A stretch of DNA of 64,000 nucleotides from Coprobacillus sp. (GTDB taxonomy: Bacteria > Bacillota_I > Bacilli_A > RFN20 > CAG-826): the NCBI GenBank assembly GCA_021203905.1, contig JAJQAG010000004.1:129939-193938 (forward strand). The letters are read 5' to 3'. Every line of letters begins with the position of its first letter. Within the stretch, counting starts at the first letter, position 1. Positions 8,197 through 18,824 of this stretch are shown here, piece after piece. The notes under the pieces are model-generated. The model was not told the DNA's origin. It did no database searches and saw nothing but the letters and a program-made list of their open reading frames with translations. Both the position numbers and the translations under genes were made by a program.

Positions 8197-9210
8197 TTAC
8201 TTTGTCCTCGCCCTATCAGAAGCTAAACGATAAGGATTCTCGTTCTTTGCGACTAAATGGATGGTGTCAACATGCTTATAGGCACGATGGACCGCTACTG
8301 GGAAAGCAAAGATTGAGAAGAGAGCGGAAACAAAGAACGCGGCAAGGAAAGCCACGATAACAAACAAGAGACTTACAAGGAAGAAGAATAATTTAATCGT
8401 AATTAAGAAGATTATTCCTCCTACTGACCAGCCAAAGATTACTCCTGGCATCCTCACAAATCCCCAGCTTGCAACCTCTGTAAACATCTCACCCACAAAG
8501 GTATTATCCACACCCACAGTGAAGACAAATGCAAGCATGACATACGCTCCGGCAATACTTCCGATGCAAAGTCCTAAGCAGAGACCGAGATTATCGTGCT
8601 CGGCAATACCGGCAACTAGCATCGCCACAAAGGTGATAGAAGCAAGGGTAATTGCCCAAGCCCAGGATCTCTTTCTTCTTCTTAGATGCTTTGATTTCTC
8701 ATTCGCAATCCAGTTTTCTCTTCTCTTCATGAAGCAATCGTCACAAAGAGTCCAACCTTTTCTTCCACCTTTCCCTGTGGTGGATTTCTTGACATGCATA
8801 GTTTCGCCTTCAAGAATTGGTTTTTGACAATCATCACAAACACCAATTTGTCTCTTTGTGAGTTGCTGATATAGCTCTTCATCAATGACTCTTGTGGGAG
8901 CACTTCCTTGTGGCGCCGCTTGACTAGTAGCGGGCGCACTTGTAGTTTGACCACTGCTCACAGGGCTTTCTCCTACAAGGGCACTTGCCGGTGATGTCGG
9001 TGTTACAGCTGTTTTTGTGGAGTATAAGTCATCAATCGTGACATTAAAAATTTTCGCGAGTTTCGCCACAGTATCGAGATCTGGTTCGCTATTACCAGTC
9101 TCCCATTTAGAAACCGCTTGTGTAGTTACGTAAAGCTGACTCGCGAGATCGCTCTGCGAGAGATTATGAAGCTTACGATAGTATTGGATTCTTTCCCCTA
9201 TCTGTGACAT
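8197..9210 (-). CDS. membrane-anchored XRE-family HTH regulator with zinc-ribbon and about 4 TM helices
   Basis: N-terminal HTH_3 signature (YYRKLHNLSQSDLASQLYVTTQAVSKWETGNSEPD), an S/P/A/T-rich linker, CDDC...CDDC, and a hydrophobic C-terminal half. Confidence 0.8.
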   Translation of the reverse strand: MSQIGERIQYYRKLHNLSQSDLASQLYVTTQAVSKWETGNSEPDLDTVAKLAKIFNVTIDDLYSTKTAVTPTSPASALVGESPVSSGQTTSAPATSQAAPQGSAPTRVIDEELYQQLTKRQIGVCDDCQKPILEGETMHVKKSTTGKGGRKGWTLCDDCFMKRRENWIANEKSKHLRRRKRSWAWAITLASITFVAMLVAGIAEHDNLGLCLGLCIGSIAGAYVMLAFVFTVGVDNTFVGEMFTEVASWGFVRMPGVIFGWSVGGIIFLITIKLFFFLVSLLFVIVAFLAAFFVSALFSIFAFPVAVHRAYKHVDTIHLVAKNENPYRLASDRARTK

Positions 9211-9280
9211 AACTCACCTCCTAGTTGATAGCATAAATATAAAGCGAAAGAGATAATAATGTAAATAATTTAACCTAAAA

Positions 9281-9316
9281 TCAACTAACGGTTGATAGAA
9301 ATCAACCATTGGTTGA
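9281..9316. promoter_or_regulatory. two tandem palindromic operators TCAAC-N5-GTTGA
   Basis: 9281-9295 reads TCAACTAACGGTTGA and 9302-9316 reads TCAACCATTGGTTGA, with centres 21 bp apart. They lie 70-105 nt upstream of the XRE gene and overlap a TTGATT -35 candidate on the minus strand. Confidence 0.6.
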
Positions 9317-9328
9317 CACCTTTATAAG

Positions 9329-9907
9329 TTAAAGGACACTCTCAATCATTCCTTTTAGAGTGGAGAGGGACTTTCTATCGCTAGAACTAGTAAAAAGATA
9401 TTGGGTGTCTTTTCCCACTTGATCAAGACTTTTTAGACAGGCGACTTTCTCCTTTTGGGTGAGCTTATCAGCTTTGGTAAAGACGATGATAAAGGGGATG
9501 TGATAGTAATTGAGATAGTCAATCATCTCTAAATCAATATCTAAGATTCCCCTTCGACTATCAATGAGAAGAAAAGTACATTTTAGGGTTTTTACTTTTT
9601 CAAAATAAGAGGTCATCAAGCAAGCAAAAATCTCAGCTAGCTTGACACCTTTTGCGGCGTATCCATATCCCGGAGCGTCCACTAAATAGAATGCATGATC
9701 GACATCAAAGTAGTTTAAAAGCGTCGTCTTGCCAGGAGTCGAGGAAACCTTCGCTATCCCCTTGTTTTCCACTAAAGCGTTAATGAGGCTACTCTTCCCG
9801 ACATTAGAACGGCCAACAAAAACCACCTCTTTACTATAAAGAGATGGCTTATTGGTCACATCGTTAACACTTTTAACAAAAGATGTATTTCGAAAATTAA
9901 TCATCAA
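9329..9907 (-). CDS. engB: ribosome biogenesis GTPase EngB/YsxC
   Basis: 192 aa with G1 GRSNVGKSSLINAL, DxPGYG and TKADK motifs. It follows lon, as in Bacillus. Confidence 0.95.
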   Translation of the reverse strand: MMINFRNTSFVKSVNDVTNKPSLYSKEVVFVGRSNVGKSSLINALVENKGIAKVSSTPGKTTLLNYFDVDHAFYLVDAPGYGYAAKGVKLAEIFACLMTSYFEKVKTLKCTFLLIDSRRGILDIDLEMIDYLNYYHIPFIIVFTKADKLTQKEKVACLKSLDQVGKDTQYLFTSSSDRKSLSTLKGMIESVL

Positions 9908-12232
9908 TTATTGAATGAATGCTGTGGCGACAGCATCATCCACAGTGGTCATAAACTTAATGGTTAAGTTATCTTTGACCTCATCAGGAAGTTCTTCAAC
10001 ATCCTTCTTGTTTTCTTTTGGAACGATGATGGTTTTAATCCCACTTCTTAGGGCTGCTAAGGACTTCTCACGAAGTCCACCGATAGGAAGAGCGTGACCT
10101 CTTAGAGTCACCTCTCCTGTCATCGCCACATCAGGATTAACGGGTTTGCGACTGAGACAAGAGATGATTGCTGTGGTAATGGCGACACCTGCACTTGGGC
10201 CATCTTTAGGAACCGCTCCTTCAGGAACATGGATATGAATATCGTTGTTCTCAAAGATATCGGGATCAATCCCGTATTTCTCAGCATTGGCTTTCACATA
10301 ATCAAGAGCGATTGAGCAGCTCTCTTTCATGACGTCACCAAGGTTTCCAGTAACGACAAATCCACCCCTTCCTTTGAAGTAGTTAACCTCGATTGGAAGG
10401 ATTTCTCCACCATATTGAGTGTAGGCTAAACCAGTCACCACTCCAATCTGCTGTTCTGGTTCCTTCTTACTCTCTTCAAAGATTTCGGTGCCGAGATATT
10501 CAACGACTCTCTTTTCATCGACATCGACATGTTTAATTGAAGGATCTTTGACAATAGAAACCGCAATCTTGCGGAGACAAGAAGCAATTCTTCTCTCTAG
10601 CTCACGAACACCCGCTTCTCGTGTATAGTAACGGATGATATATAGATAGGCATCATCACTAAAAGAAACTTGTTCAGTGGTTAAACCATTGAGTTCCACT
10701 TGCTTCTGATATAAGTGCTCTTTGGCAATCATGAGTTTCTCATATTCGGTATAAGAAGAGAGTTCAATGAGTTCAAGTCGATCTCTTAAAGGATCAGGAA
10801 TATCTTCAAGGCTATTCGCAGTGCAGATAAATAAGACATCGCTTAAATCATAGGGTTCTTCAATGAAGTTATCGTTAAAGGCATTATTTTGTTCAGGATC
10901 AAGCACTTCAAGAAGCGCACTACTAGGATCACCATGATAAGAATTGGCGAGTTTATCGATTTCATCGAGAAGGAAGACAGGGTTATTCGCGCCTGCTCTC
11001 TTCATCCCGCTGATGATTCTTCCAGGCATCGAACCGACATAAGTTCTTCTATGACCTCTAATCTCCGCTTCATCACTGATACCACCTAGGGAGGCTTTGA
11101 CAAACTTACGACCAAGAGCTCTTGCAATGCTCTTACTTAAAGAGGTCTTACCACATCCCGGGGGACCATAGAAACAGAGAATCGGGGATTTGAGATTTCC
11201 CGTCAACTGTTTGACTGCGAGATACTCAATAATTCTCTTTTTGGGTTCTTTAAGACCATAGTGGTCTTCATCAAGAATCTTCTCGACATTATCAAGATTA
11301 TCGTTATCTTCGGTTTTTTGATACCAAGGAAGAGAGAGAAGAGTGTCTAAATAAGAAAGCACTAAAGCGCCTTCCAAACTTCCTTGAGGCATCATCTCAT
11401 ACTTCTTCGCCTCGGCGTGAACTTTGGCTTTGACGTTCTCTGGATAAGGATTCTCATCCGCTTTCTTGACGTAAGCGTCGATGTCATCTCCTTCTCCTTC
11501 GTCCTCTCCAAGTTCTTTCTTAATGGCTTTAAGTCTTTCTCTTAAGAAGTAGTCTCTTTGACTCTTTTCCGTGCTCTCTCTAATTGAAGATTGAATATCT
11601 TTTTCTATCTCTGTTTGTTGTTTTTGAGAGAGAAGTCCATCGGTGACTAAATCACAGAGAGATTCAATATCTTCCGCTTCGAGTATCGCTTGCTTTCTCT
11701 CCGTGGGGAGAGTTAAAGCGCCCGCAATCATATAGCAAAATAAGTCAGCATTTTTAATTCTTCCAAGGGAATTAAGATTCTCTCTGGGCATGGTGGACAT
11801 GACATCAGGCATAGATTCCATAAGGGATGTTAAGGAATCGATAACCGCTTTCCCTTTCGCATCATCGAAAGGATGGAGTTTCACCACTGTCCCTTCACAG
11901 ACAAAGAACCCATCTTCATTCATAAAGACATTCTCTAAGGTGACCTTATCAAGAGGTTGCATTCTCACTTTAAGGTTCTTGCCTTTAGGAGAAGTTGAGA
12001 CAATCTTACATAATGTCGCACTTTTATAGACATCATCACCGGTGACCTCTTCAAGGTCACTGCTATACTGGGTCGTCACAAAAATAAGGGAATCGCTGCT
12101 CTCTTGCGCCGCTTTTATCGCGTTGAGAGAGATATCTCTACCCGCATCAATATTGGTGGTAACACCAGGATAAAGCACCACGCTCTTAGTGACTAAGAGT
12201 GGGAGTATCATTTTTTCGTCTTGTTCAGCCAT
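9908..12232 (-). CDS. lon: ATP-dependent protease Lon
   Basis: 774 aa with a LON N-domain, AAA+ GPPGCGKTS, and the protease motif PKDGPSAG. Confidence 0.98.
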   Translation of the reverse strand: MAEQDEKMILPLLVTKSVVLYPGVTTNIDAGRDISLNAIKAAQESSDSLIFVTTQYSSDLEEVTGDDVYKSATLCKIVSTSPKGKNLKVRMQPLDKVTLENVFMNEDGFFVCEGTVVKLHPFDDAKGKAVIDSLTSLMESMPDVMSTMPRENLNSLGRIKNADLFCYMIAGALTLPTERKQAILEAEDIESLCDLVTDGLLSQKQQTEIEKDIQSSIRESTEKSQRDYFLRERLKAIKKELGEDEGEGDDIDAYVKKADENPYPENVKAKVHAEAKKYEMMPQGSLEGALVLSYLDTLLSLPWYQKTEDNDNLDNVEKILDEDHYGLKEPKKRIIEYLAVKQLTGNLKSPILCFYGPPGCGKTSLSKSIARALGRKFVKASLGGISDEAEIRGHRRTYVGSMPGRIISGMKRAGANNPVFLLDEIDKLANSYHGDPSSALLEVLDPEQNNAFNDNFIEEPYDLSDVLFICTANSLEDIPDPLRDRLELIELSSYTEYEKLMIAKEHLYQKQVELNGLTTEQVSFSDDAYLYIIRYYTREAGVRELERRIASCLRKIAVSIVKDPSIKHVDVDEKRVVEYLGTEIFEESKKEPEQQIGVVTGLAYTQYGGEILPIEVNYFKGRGGFVVTGNLGDVMKESCSIALDYVKANAEKYGIDPDIFENNDIHIHVPEGAVPKDGPSAGVAITTAIISCLSRKPVNPDVAMTGEVTLRGHALPIGGLREKSLAALRSGIKTIIVPKENKKDVEELPDEVKDNLTIKFMTTVDDAVATAFIQ

Positions 12233-12265
12233 TGTTATACCTCCTTACTAATTAAGACACTTATA

Positions 12266-13546
12266 TTAGTCATTCTCACGATATAACAAATCTTCAATAC
12301 GAGTAAATCTCACTTGGCTGCGGAATTGTTCAACTTGAGAAGCTAGAGCTTCTCTGACTTGATCAATTTCCATATGATAGGCTTCCGCCATCTTGGCGTA
12401 TTCAAACTCAAGATCGGCGTCTTCAATGACAATATCTTCAATTTGACCAATCTTGTCTAAGATAAAGAAGTTGGTGACGTTCTTCGTCGCTCTCTCACGG
12501 AGTTGAGCCATGAATTCATCTTCACTTTGACCAACGATTTGGAGATATGACTCAAGGTCAAAACCAGATTGGGCCATCTGCTCTTCCTGACTCTCTCTCA
12601 TAGAGTCCGTCTCTTGATCAATAATTTCATGAGGAATATCAATAGAAGAATGACTAATAATCTCATCTAAGACTTTACCAATGTAGTCACTCTTGAGTTT
12701 GTTGCTCTTCTGTTGAAGAAGATCTTGTTTAGTGTGCTCCCTAAATTGCTCAACCGTCTTAATGCCGTCATGGTTAAGACCTTCAATAAAGGCATCAGTT
12801 AATTCTGGTAATTGTTTGGTTTTCACTTCGTGAACATCTGTGTGAAACACGGCGTTCTTACCCGCGAGATTCTCCACATATTGTTCAGGGAAGGTAATCG
12901 CGACATCGACATGTTGATCAGGCTCCACGCCGACAAGTTGTTCTTCAAAACCCGGAACAAAGGATTGAGAACCTAATTCGAGTTCATAGTTGGTAACTGT
13001 CCCCCCTTCAAAAGGTTCTTCTTCACCCTCAAGGACTCCTACGGCATCGATGACGACGACATCGCCTAATTCCGCTTTACCCTCTTTAATTACAAGAGTA
13101 GCGTTCTCGCTTTGAGTCTTCTTGAGGCTCTCTTCCACTTCTTCATCACTGACTGTGGCTTCTTCTTTGCCCACTTCAAGGCCTTTATAAGGACCGATTT
13201 CAATGATGGGTTCAGTGGTGACCATAAACTTCATGGCTAACTCATCGTTAGAGCATTTTGTCACCATGACATCAGGTGAGGCAAAAGGATGAACATCCTC
13301 TTTTTTAATGGCCTCCACAAAGAGATCATTAATGATGGAGCTAATGGCTTCGTTCCACACTTTACTATCACTAATCTGTTCTTTGACGAGGTTTTGGGGA
13401 GCTTTGCCTTTTCTAAAACCTTTGATTTCGACATCTTTTGCGAGTTTATCAAAAGCTTTCTTTTGGGCGCCTCTCCACTGCTCGGCGTCAACCTCAACTT
13501 CAAGTTCAAGATGAGTATTATCTGTTTTTGTTACTTTGGTTTCCAT
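12266..13546 (-). CDS. tig: trigger factor
   Basis: 426 aa with the ribosome-binding motif GFRKGKAP and a central FKBP-type domain. It keeps the tig-lon synteny. Confidence 0.96.
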   Translation of the reverse strand: METKVTKTDNTHLELEVEVDAEQWRGAQKKAFDKLAKDVEIKGFRKGKAPQNLVKEQISDSKVWNEAISSIINDLFVEAIKKEDVHPFASPDVMVTKCSNDELAMKFMVTTEPIIEIGPYKGLEVGKEEATVSDEEVEESLKKTQSENATLVIKEGKAELGDVVVIDAVGVLEGEEEPFEGGTVTNYELELGSQSFVPGFEEQLVGVEPDQHVDVAITFPEQYVENLAGKNAVFHTDVHEVKTKQLPELTDAFIEGLNHDGIKTVEQFREHTKQDLLQQKSNKLKSDYIGKVLDEIISHSSIDIPHEIIDQETDSMRESQEEQMAQSGFDLESYLQIVGQSEDEFMAQLRERATKNVTNFFILDKIGQIEDIVIEDADLEFEYAKMAEAYHMEIDQVREALASQVEQFRSQVRFTRIEDLLYREND

Positions 13547-13619
13547 GTTTTACCTCCAGGTTCACACACAAATATATTGTATTATAAAAATTAATTTTTA
13601 TACAACCCCTATTTGAGAT

Positions 13620-14552
13620 TTAAAAATTCTCACTACTCTCTTTAATTTTATTGATTAAAGTTAAGACTTTATCAGGGTTGGCATTCCACATTCCCACGAT
13701 GTTTTCAAGAGTTAACTGATCATCAGTTTGCATATAATCTCTTGCGACAATATGAAGAGCGCATCCAAGGTTAGATAGTTCATCACTCTTACTTGAGGGG
13801 AAATAATAGAGATAGTAAAGGGGATAGAGTGATAAAGCGATATTGACCAAGGAAGAATCATTGATATTCGATTGAAGGGAATACGCTAGCTTCCTCAATT
13901 CTTCTCCTCCCCTTAAGACTTCGTAATCTTTTAAGGTCACAGTGATACTTTGATTATCCTTATTAGAGAAGGTAATATCCTTACTGTATCCTTTGGATAC
14001 AAGAGTGAGAAGGGCAAACATACGGACACTATAAGAGAAAGTAGAAACACAGAGATTAAGAAGGGGATCAATACAATCGAGGAAGTTATTCTCATCCACT
14101 TCATTCATCGTCGAGATAAGTTCACTCTCATCTCGAGAGGTGGTTAAGATTGAGGCAATCTCATTGCCGCTCTTTTTCTGCATGCTCTCGTAGTATTCTT
14201 TCTCTTTTTGCTTTATCTCCTTTGGATAGGATTGAAGCATCTCTTCCACTTCTTGACTCTCATATGGGAGAGTGGCATAGAATTCCATTCTCTCTTCCGC
14301 TTCTTGAAAGAGATTAGCGGCGAGAAGAGATTCAATGTTGGTCTTGATAAGAAGAGAGAGTCTCTCTTTAAGGATGTCAAACTTCTTATCGATGAGCTTT
14401 CTCGCCTCTTCAAATTGGGCGGTGGCGTATAAAGAAAGAAGGCGACAGAAGAGGAAATCAATATCATCATTTCCTTCAGTGGCCTTTAAAACAAGGTCAT
14501 ATTGACCCTTCTCTAAGAGAGAATATAAGTTATCAAATTCTTGTTTTTCCAT
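13620..14552 (-). CDS. hypothetical protein, predicted all-helical (possibly TPR-like)
   Basis: 310-aa ORF in coding context with no catalytic motif that I recognised. The helical-repeat character is inferred only from its Leu/Glu/Lys-rich periodic composition. Confidence 0.55.
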   Translation of the reverse strand: MEKQEFDNLYSLLEKGQYDLVLKATEGNDDIDFLFCRLLSLYATAQFEEARKLIDKKFDILKERLSLLIKTNIESLLAANLFQEAEERMEFYATLPYESQEVEEMLQSYPKEIKQKEKEYYESMQKKSGNEIASILTTSRDESELISTMNEVDENNFLDCIDPLLNLCVSTFSYSVRMFALLTLVSKGYSKDITFSNKDNQSITVTLKDYEVLRGGEELRKLAYSLQSNINDSSLVNIALSLYPLYYLYYFPSSKSDELSNLGCALHIVARDYMQTDDQLTLENIVGMWNANPDKVLTLINKIKESSENF

Positions 14553-14608
14553 TATATCTAGTAGTTTTTTAGTATATTTATATATAACCCACTCTCTTAA
14601 AAAAAGAG

Positions 14609-14685
14609 TGGCGCCCTCGAGGCGACTCGAACGCCTGACCCACAGCTTAGAAGGCTGTTGCTCTATCCAACTGAGCTACGAGGGC
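14609..14685 (-). tRNA. tRNA-Arg (anticodon UCU), CCA encoded
   Basis: I folded the cloverleaf by hand: acceptor GCCCTCG/CGAGGGC, D-arm GCTC..GAGC, anticodon stem ACAGC/GCTGT with loop CTTCTAA, T-arm AGGCG-TTCGAGT-CGCCT, discriminator G plus CCA. Confidence 0.93.
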
Positions 14686-14734
14686 ACGGACACTTTCTTT
14701 ATATTAAACATCTATGATGTTAAATGCAATTCTT

Positions 14735-16489
14735 TTATGAGGTGTGAAATAAGTTATAAAGGTTAGTGGCAACATCTTTAGGAAGGATCTCTTCTAGGTC
14801 GCTTAAAGTGGCGTTATGAAAGAGTTCTAGACTTGGATAAAGAGCGAGAATTTTCTCTTTTCTCTTCTCTCCAATCCCACTTATTCCATCTAGATATGAC
14901 TTTGTCATATGCCTAGCCCTTGTCTCATGATGATACTTAATCGCAAAGCGATGGACTTCATCTTGCATCCTTGTAAGTAGGAAGAAGAGAGATTCATCCT
15001 CAATAGTGATGACTTGGTTATCTAAGGTCACTATTCCTTTGGTGCGGTGCCTCTCATCCTTATAGAGTCCATAGATAGGAATATCTAAACCTAAAGTACT
15101 GAGTACTTTAGCACCGACTTCTAGTTGGGTGATACCCCCATCCACAAAGATGAGATCAGGACGTTCTGTCTCTTCACTGATCATCCTCTTATATCGTCTG
15201 GTCATAATCTCTTCCATATCTTTGAGGTCATCTCTCGCATCGTCTTCATTGAGTTTGTACTTTCGATACATTGAGGGGCACTTCTCTCCATTGATAAAGA
15301 CCACCATGACACCCACAGGATCACTACCCGCAATATGGGAATTATCAAACATCTCAATTCTTGTGGGAAAAGAAATATGGAGGAGATCCGCTAACTTAGT
15401 AAGAAGCTCTTCTTTCCCCTCATCGATGCGAGCACTTAAGAAGTATTGATCAAGAGCGTTATTCGCGTTCTCTTTCGCTAGAACCACTAAATCATATATC
15501 GGCCCTTTTGACTTATTGGTGATATTACAAGAAAGGTAAGATTCTAATTCTTCAATCACACGATCGTTATTTATAACGATTTCTTTCGGAAGAGGATGAG
15601 ATTGATAATACTGTAAGATGAGGTCAGCGACCTCTTCTTCTTGGTTTAGAAAGGTTTCGACGACAAAAGACTTTTTGGCGAGTAACACTCCATTGACATA
15701 AGAGAAGATAACTAAAGATAAGAGGTTCTCCCTCGTAGAGAAGGCAAAGATGTCACGATTGAGCTTATCTTTCATCTCGACATTTTGCTTCGCACTGATA
15801 TGATCGATAGAATCAATGATATCTTTATATTCTTGAGCGAGCTCATAATTCATGGAGGCGCTCGCTTCTTTCATCTTATTTTCGTATTCTCTTCTTTCCT
15901 TGGCGGTGTCTCCACTTAAAAAGCGTCTGATTTCTTCAATCATCTCTTTATAGGTAGATTCTTCAATCTTATTGATACAAGGAGCGAGACACTGCCCTAG
16001 ATGATAATAAAGACAAGGAGAAGAGGGAATTCTCTGACATTTCCTCAAAGGAAAGATCTTATTAAGTAAATCTAGGATTTGGTGGATATTCGCACCACTA
16101 GGGAAAGGTCCAAAGTAATAGTAACTAGGATTCTCAGTATTTCTTTTAATCGTGAGATAGGGATCTTCTCCCTTTTTTAAAGCGATATAGGGATAGTGAC
16201 TATCATCTTTAAGGAGGATGTTATATTTCGGATGATGATGCTTAATAAGATTCATCTCTAAGACGAGGGCTTCTTTCTCATTCTCCGTGATAATCGTATC
16301 AAAGTGATGAGCTTCACTCGCCATCTTGGCGACTTTCCCATATTGCTCACGAAGGAAGTATTGACTCACTCTTTTATATAAGTCTTTAGCCTTTCCAATA
16401 TAGATAATCTTATTATCCTGGTTATACATTAAATACACTCCAGGGAGGTGTTTGAGATTAGAAATACAAGAGGCGATTAAATCAGTCAT
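14735..16489 (-). CDS. uvrC: excinuclease ABC subunit C
   Basis: 584 aa with an N-terminal GIY-YIG (GVYLMYNQ...IIYIGKAK), a UVR domain, and C-terminal RNase H-like and HhH domains. Confidence 0.97.
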   Translation of the reverse strand: MTDLIASCISNLKHLPGVYLMYNQDNKIIYIGKAKDLYKRVSQYFLREQYGKVAKMASEAHHFDTIITENEKEALVLEMNLIKHHHPKYNILLKDDSHYPYIALKKGEDPYLTIKRNTENPSYYYFGPFPSGANIHQILDLLNKIFPLRKCQRIPSSPCLYYHLGQCLAPCINKIEESTYKEMIEEIRRFLSGDTAKERREYENKMKEASASMNYELAQEYKDIIDSIDHISAKQNVEMKDKLNRDIFAFSTRENLLSLVIFSYVNGVLLAKKSFVVETFLNQEEEVADLILQYYQSHPLPKEIVINNDRVIEELESYLSCNITNKSKGPIYDLVVLAKENANNALDQYFLSARIDEGKEELLTKLADLLHISFPTRIEMFDNSHIAGSDPVGVMVVFINGEKCPSMYRKYKLNEDDARDDLKDMEEIMTRRYKRMISEETERPDLIFVDGGITQLEVGAKVLSTLGLDIPIYGLYKDERHRTKGIVTLDNQVITIEDESLFFLLTRMQDEVHRFAIKYHHETRARHMTKSYLDGISGIGEKRKEKILALYPSLELFHNATLSDLEEILPKDVATNLYNLFHTS

Positions 16490-18773
16490 TAAAAGTCACC
16501 ACTGTCGCTCCCATGGAACCCTCATAATCGTTTCCATATCGATAGGAGAGACCTTTCTTCGTCTTTAAATAATCCCACACGGCTTTTCTTAAAGCTCCCG
16601 TTCCATAACCATGGATAATCCTTACGCTCTTTAATTTATGTAGTATTGCCTCATCGAGGTATTTATCAAGAGCGGCAATCGCTTCATCCGTGCGGTAACC
16701 TAAAAGATTAATCTCACTCGGCATTGATCCAGTTATCTTCTTATCGATATTAATACTAGAGACCACTCTTTGTTCTCCTTCTTCTTCTTTTTTCGTGTTT
16801 TTAAGTGGGGCTTTTACACTCATCCCTTCACTGGTAAGAATAGTTAATGTTTCTCCTTTTATCGCTTTCACTCTTCCTTTTAAGGAGAGAGAAGGAATCG
16901 AGACATAATCTCCCACATGAATATCATCATCAAACTCTTCATCATCTTCATTCTCTCTTAAAGCGTTGACTCTCCCTTTCGCTTGAATGACATCGTTGAG
17001 TTTAACTTCTCTCTTATTAAGATCCTTCATAATCTCATTAAGTTCTTCTTCGGTGCCTTTTAAGAGCTGTTCTTTCTCTTCTTTAACTTCTTCTAGTAAG
17101 AGAGACTTTCTTCTTTCAAGAGTCTTCTTCTCGTTATTTAATTCCTTTTCTTTTTTCTCTAAATCTTGTTGTTTCTCATTTAATTGTTTAGAAAGATTCA
17201 TATTAACCACTAACTGGTTAGTGAGCTCATCGAGCATTTGTGCGCTCTCGCTCTCTCCACTTCTCTCTTTAGCGGCTTGGACAATATCTTGTTTAATGCC
17301 AAAGCGAGACGCTACCTCAAAGGCATAACTCTTTCCAGGTACTCCTTGAACAAAGATATAAGTGGGTGAGAGTTCTCTCTCATCAAATAGCATCATTCCA
17401 TTACTAATCCCCTCTTGTTGGTAGGCATATTCTTTAAGTCCTGAGAAGTGAGAAGAGATTAAACAAAACACTCCTTTAGAGTGAAGATAACTAACAATAG
17501 AGATGGCTAAGGCTTCTCCCTCTTTTGGATCGGTACCTGTTCCTAGTTCATCGATAAGCACTAAATCATGACTGGTGACATGATTAAGAATCTCACTGAT
17601 ATTTGACATGTGAGCGGAAAAGGTTGAGAGATTATCACTTAAAGACTGTTGATCTCCAATATCAATATAGATGTGATTAAAGTAGGAGAGTTTTCCCTCT
17701 TCAACAGGAATCATCAACCCACATTGATTCATATAGATAAGAAGACCAATAGTCTTAAGAGAGACAGTTTTACCTCCCGCATTAGGACCAGAGATAATAA
17801 TGATTTGATTATCTTTATCAAGAAGAAAGGAGTTAGCAACGACTTTCGTGGGATCAATCAAAGGATGACGGGCTCTTTTTAAGGAGATGACTTTTTCCTT
17901 TTCTAGTGATAGCAAAATGGATCCACTCTTTTTCCCATACTTCGCCTTGGCTTGGAGAAAATCAATCTCCCCAATCACCGAGTTATTATGAATAATCTCT
18001 TCTTCTTGTAAGAGACACATATTGGTAAGTCTTAATAAGATCTTTCTCTCTTCACTGGCTTCCTCAATTTTAAGTGCGGTGATGTCATTATTAAGTTGGA
18101 CAATCTCTAAAGGTTCAATAAAGGTGGTGTTGCCAGTTTGTGAGATATCATAGACTATCCCCGAGATTTTATTCTTATACATGGTCTTAATAGGTAAGAC
18201 ATAATGACCATCCCTCATCGTCATATTCTCATCACTTAAAAGAGAAGAATACTTATAAGAAATCTTGGTGATGGTGTCATTTAATTCTGTTTCTTTGCTT
18301 TTAATTTTCTTTCTAATCTGGGCAAGGTCCACTGACGCAGTATCTAAGATTGTTAAAGCGTTACTGATAGTCTTTTTAATCTCTTTCATTAAAGAAGAGA
18401 GATCTGAGAAAGAATCAATTAAAGAGGTGAGATAAGGATAATCTACTTTCTCCACTTTTTTATAGAAGGTGATAATCTCATTACTAAGAACAATATCATC
18501 ATAGATATTCATTAAATCTTGAGGAGTTAGAAGTCCTGATTTATGCGCGATATCGATGATTTTAATCGCGGATTTAGACATACTTAAGGGAAAAAGAGAG
18601 TGCTTTTCATTAAGATTAATCATCTCTTGTAGTTTCTCTTTTTCTTTTATAAGTTCTTCTTTTGAAAGCATGGAAAGAGAAGAGATTCTCTCTTTTCCCA
18701 CTTCCGTTGTGGCCTCAAAAGAGACACTCTCGAAAATATCACGAACTTGAAAAGTAGATATCAAATCTTGCAT
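16482..18773 (-). CDS. mutS2: endonuclease MutS2 (Smr domain)
   Basis: 763 aa with the MutS ATPase motif GPNAGGKT, a long Lys/Glu coiled coil, and a C-terminal Smr domain (RIIHGYGTGALR). Confidence 0.96.
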   Translation of the reverse strand: MQDLISTFQVRDIFESVSFEATTEVGKERISSLSMLSKEELIKEKEKLQEMINLNEKHSLFPLSMSKSAIKIIDIAHKSGLLTPQDLMNIYDDIVLSNEIITFYKKVEKVDYPYLTSLIDSFSDLSSLMKEIKKTISNALTILDTASVDLAQIRKKIKSKETELNDTITKISYKYSSLLSDENMTMRDGHYVLPIKTMYKNKISGIVYDISQTGNTTFIEPLEIVQLNNDITALKIEEASEERKILLRLTNMCLLQEEEIIHNNSVIGEIDFLQAKAKYGKKSGSILLSLEKEKVISLKRARHPLIDPTKVVANSFLLDKDNQIIIISGPNAGGKTVSLKTIGLLIYMNQCGLMIPVEEGKLSYFNHIYIDIGDQQSLSDNLSTFSAHMSNISEILNHVTSHDLVLIDELGTGTDPKEGEALAISIVSYLHSKGVFCLISSHFSGLKEYAYQQEGISNGMMLFDERELSPTYIFVQGVPGKSYAFEVASRFGIKQDIVQAAKERSGESESAQMLDELTNQLVVNMNLSKQLNEKQQDLEKKEKELNNEKKTLERRKSLLLEEVKEEKEQLLKGTEEELNEIMKDLNKREVKLNDVIQAKGRVNALRENEDDEEFDDDIHVGDYVSIPSLSLKGRVKAIKGETLTILTSEGMSVKAPLKNTKKEEEGEQRVVSSINIDKKITGSMPSEINLLGYRTDEAIAALDKYLDEAILHKLKSVRIIHGYGTGALRKAVWDYLKTKKGLSYRYGNDYEGSMGATVVTFND

Positions 18774-18780
18774 AGGAATA

Positions 18781-18818
18781 AGTTTAGCACATATTTTTAA
18801 TTTAAAATATGCTAAACT
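18781..18818. promoter_or_regulatory. divergent pair of extended -10 elements (TGCTAAACT) for mutS2 and rnhC
   Basis: The inverted repeat AGTTTAGCA (18781-18789) and TGCTAAACT (18810-18818) places a TGnTAAACT box 7 nt before the mutS2 ATG (18773) and 6 nt before the rnhC ATG (18825). Confidence 0.5.
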
Positions 18819-18824
18819 AGAGGC

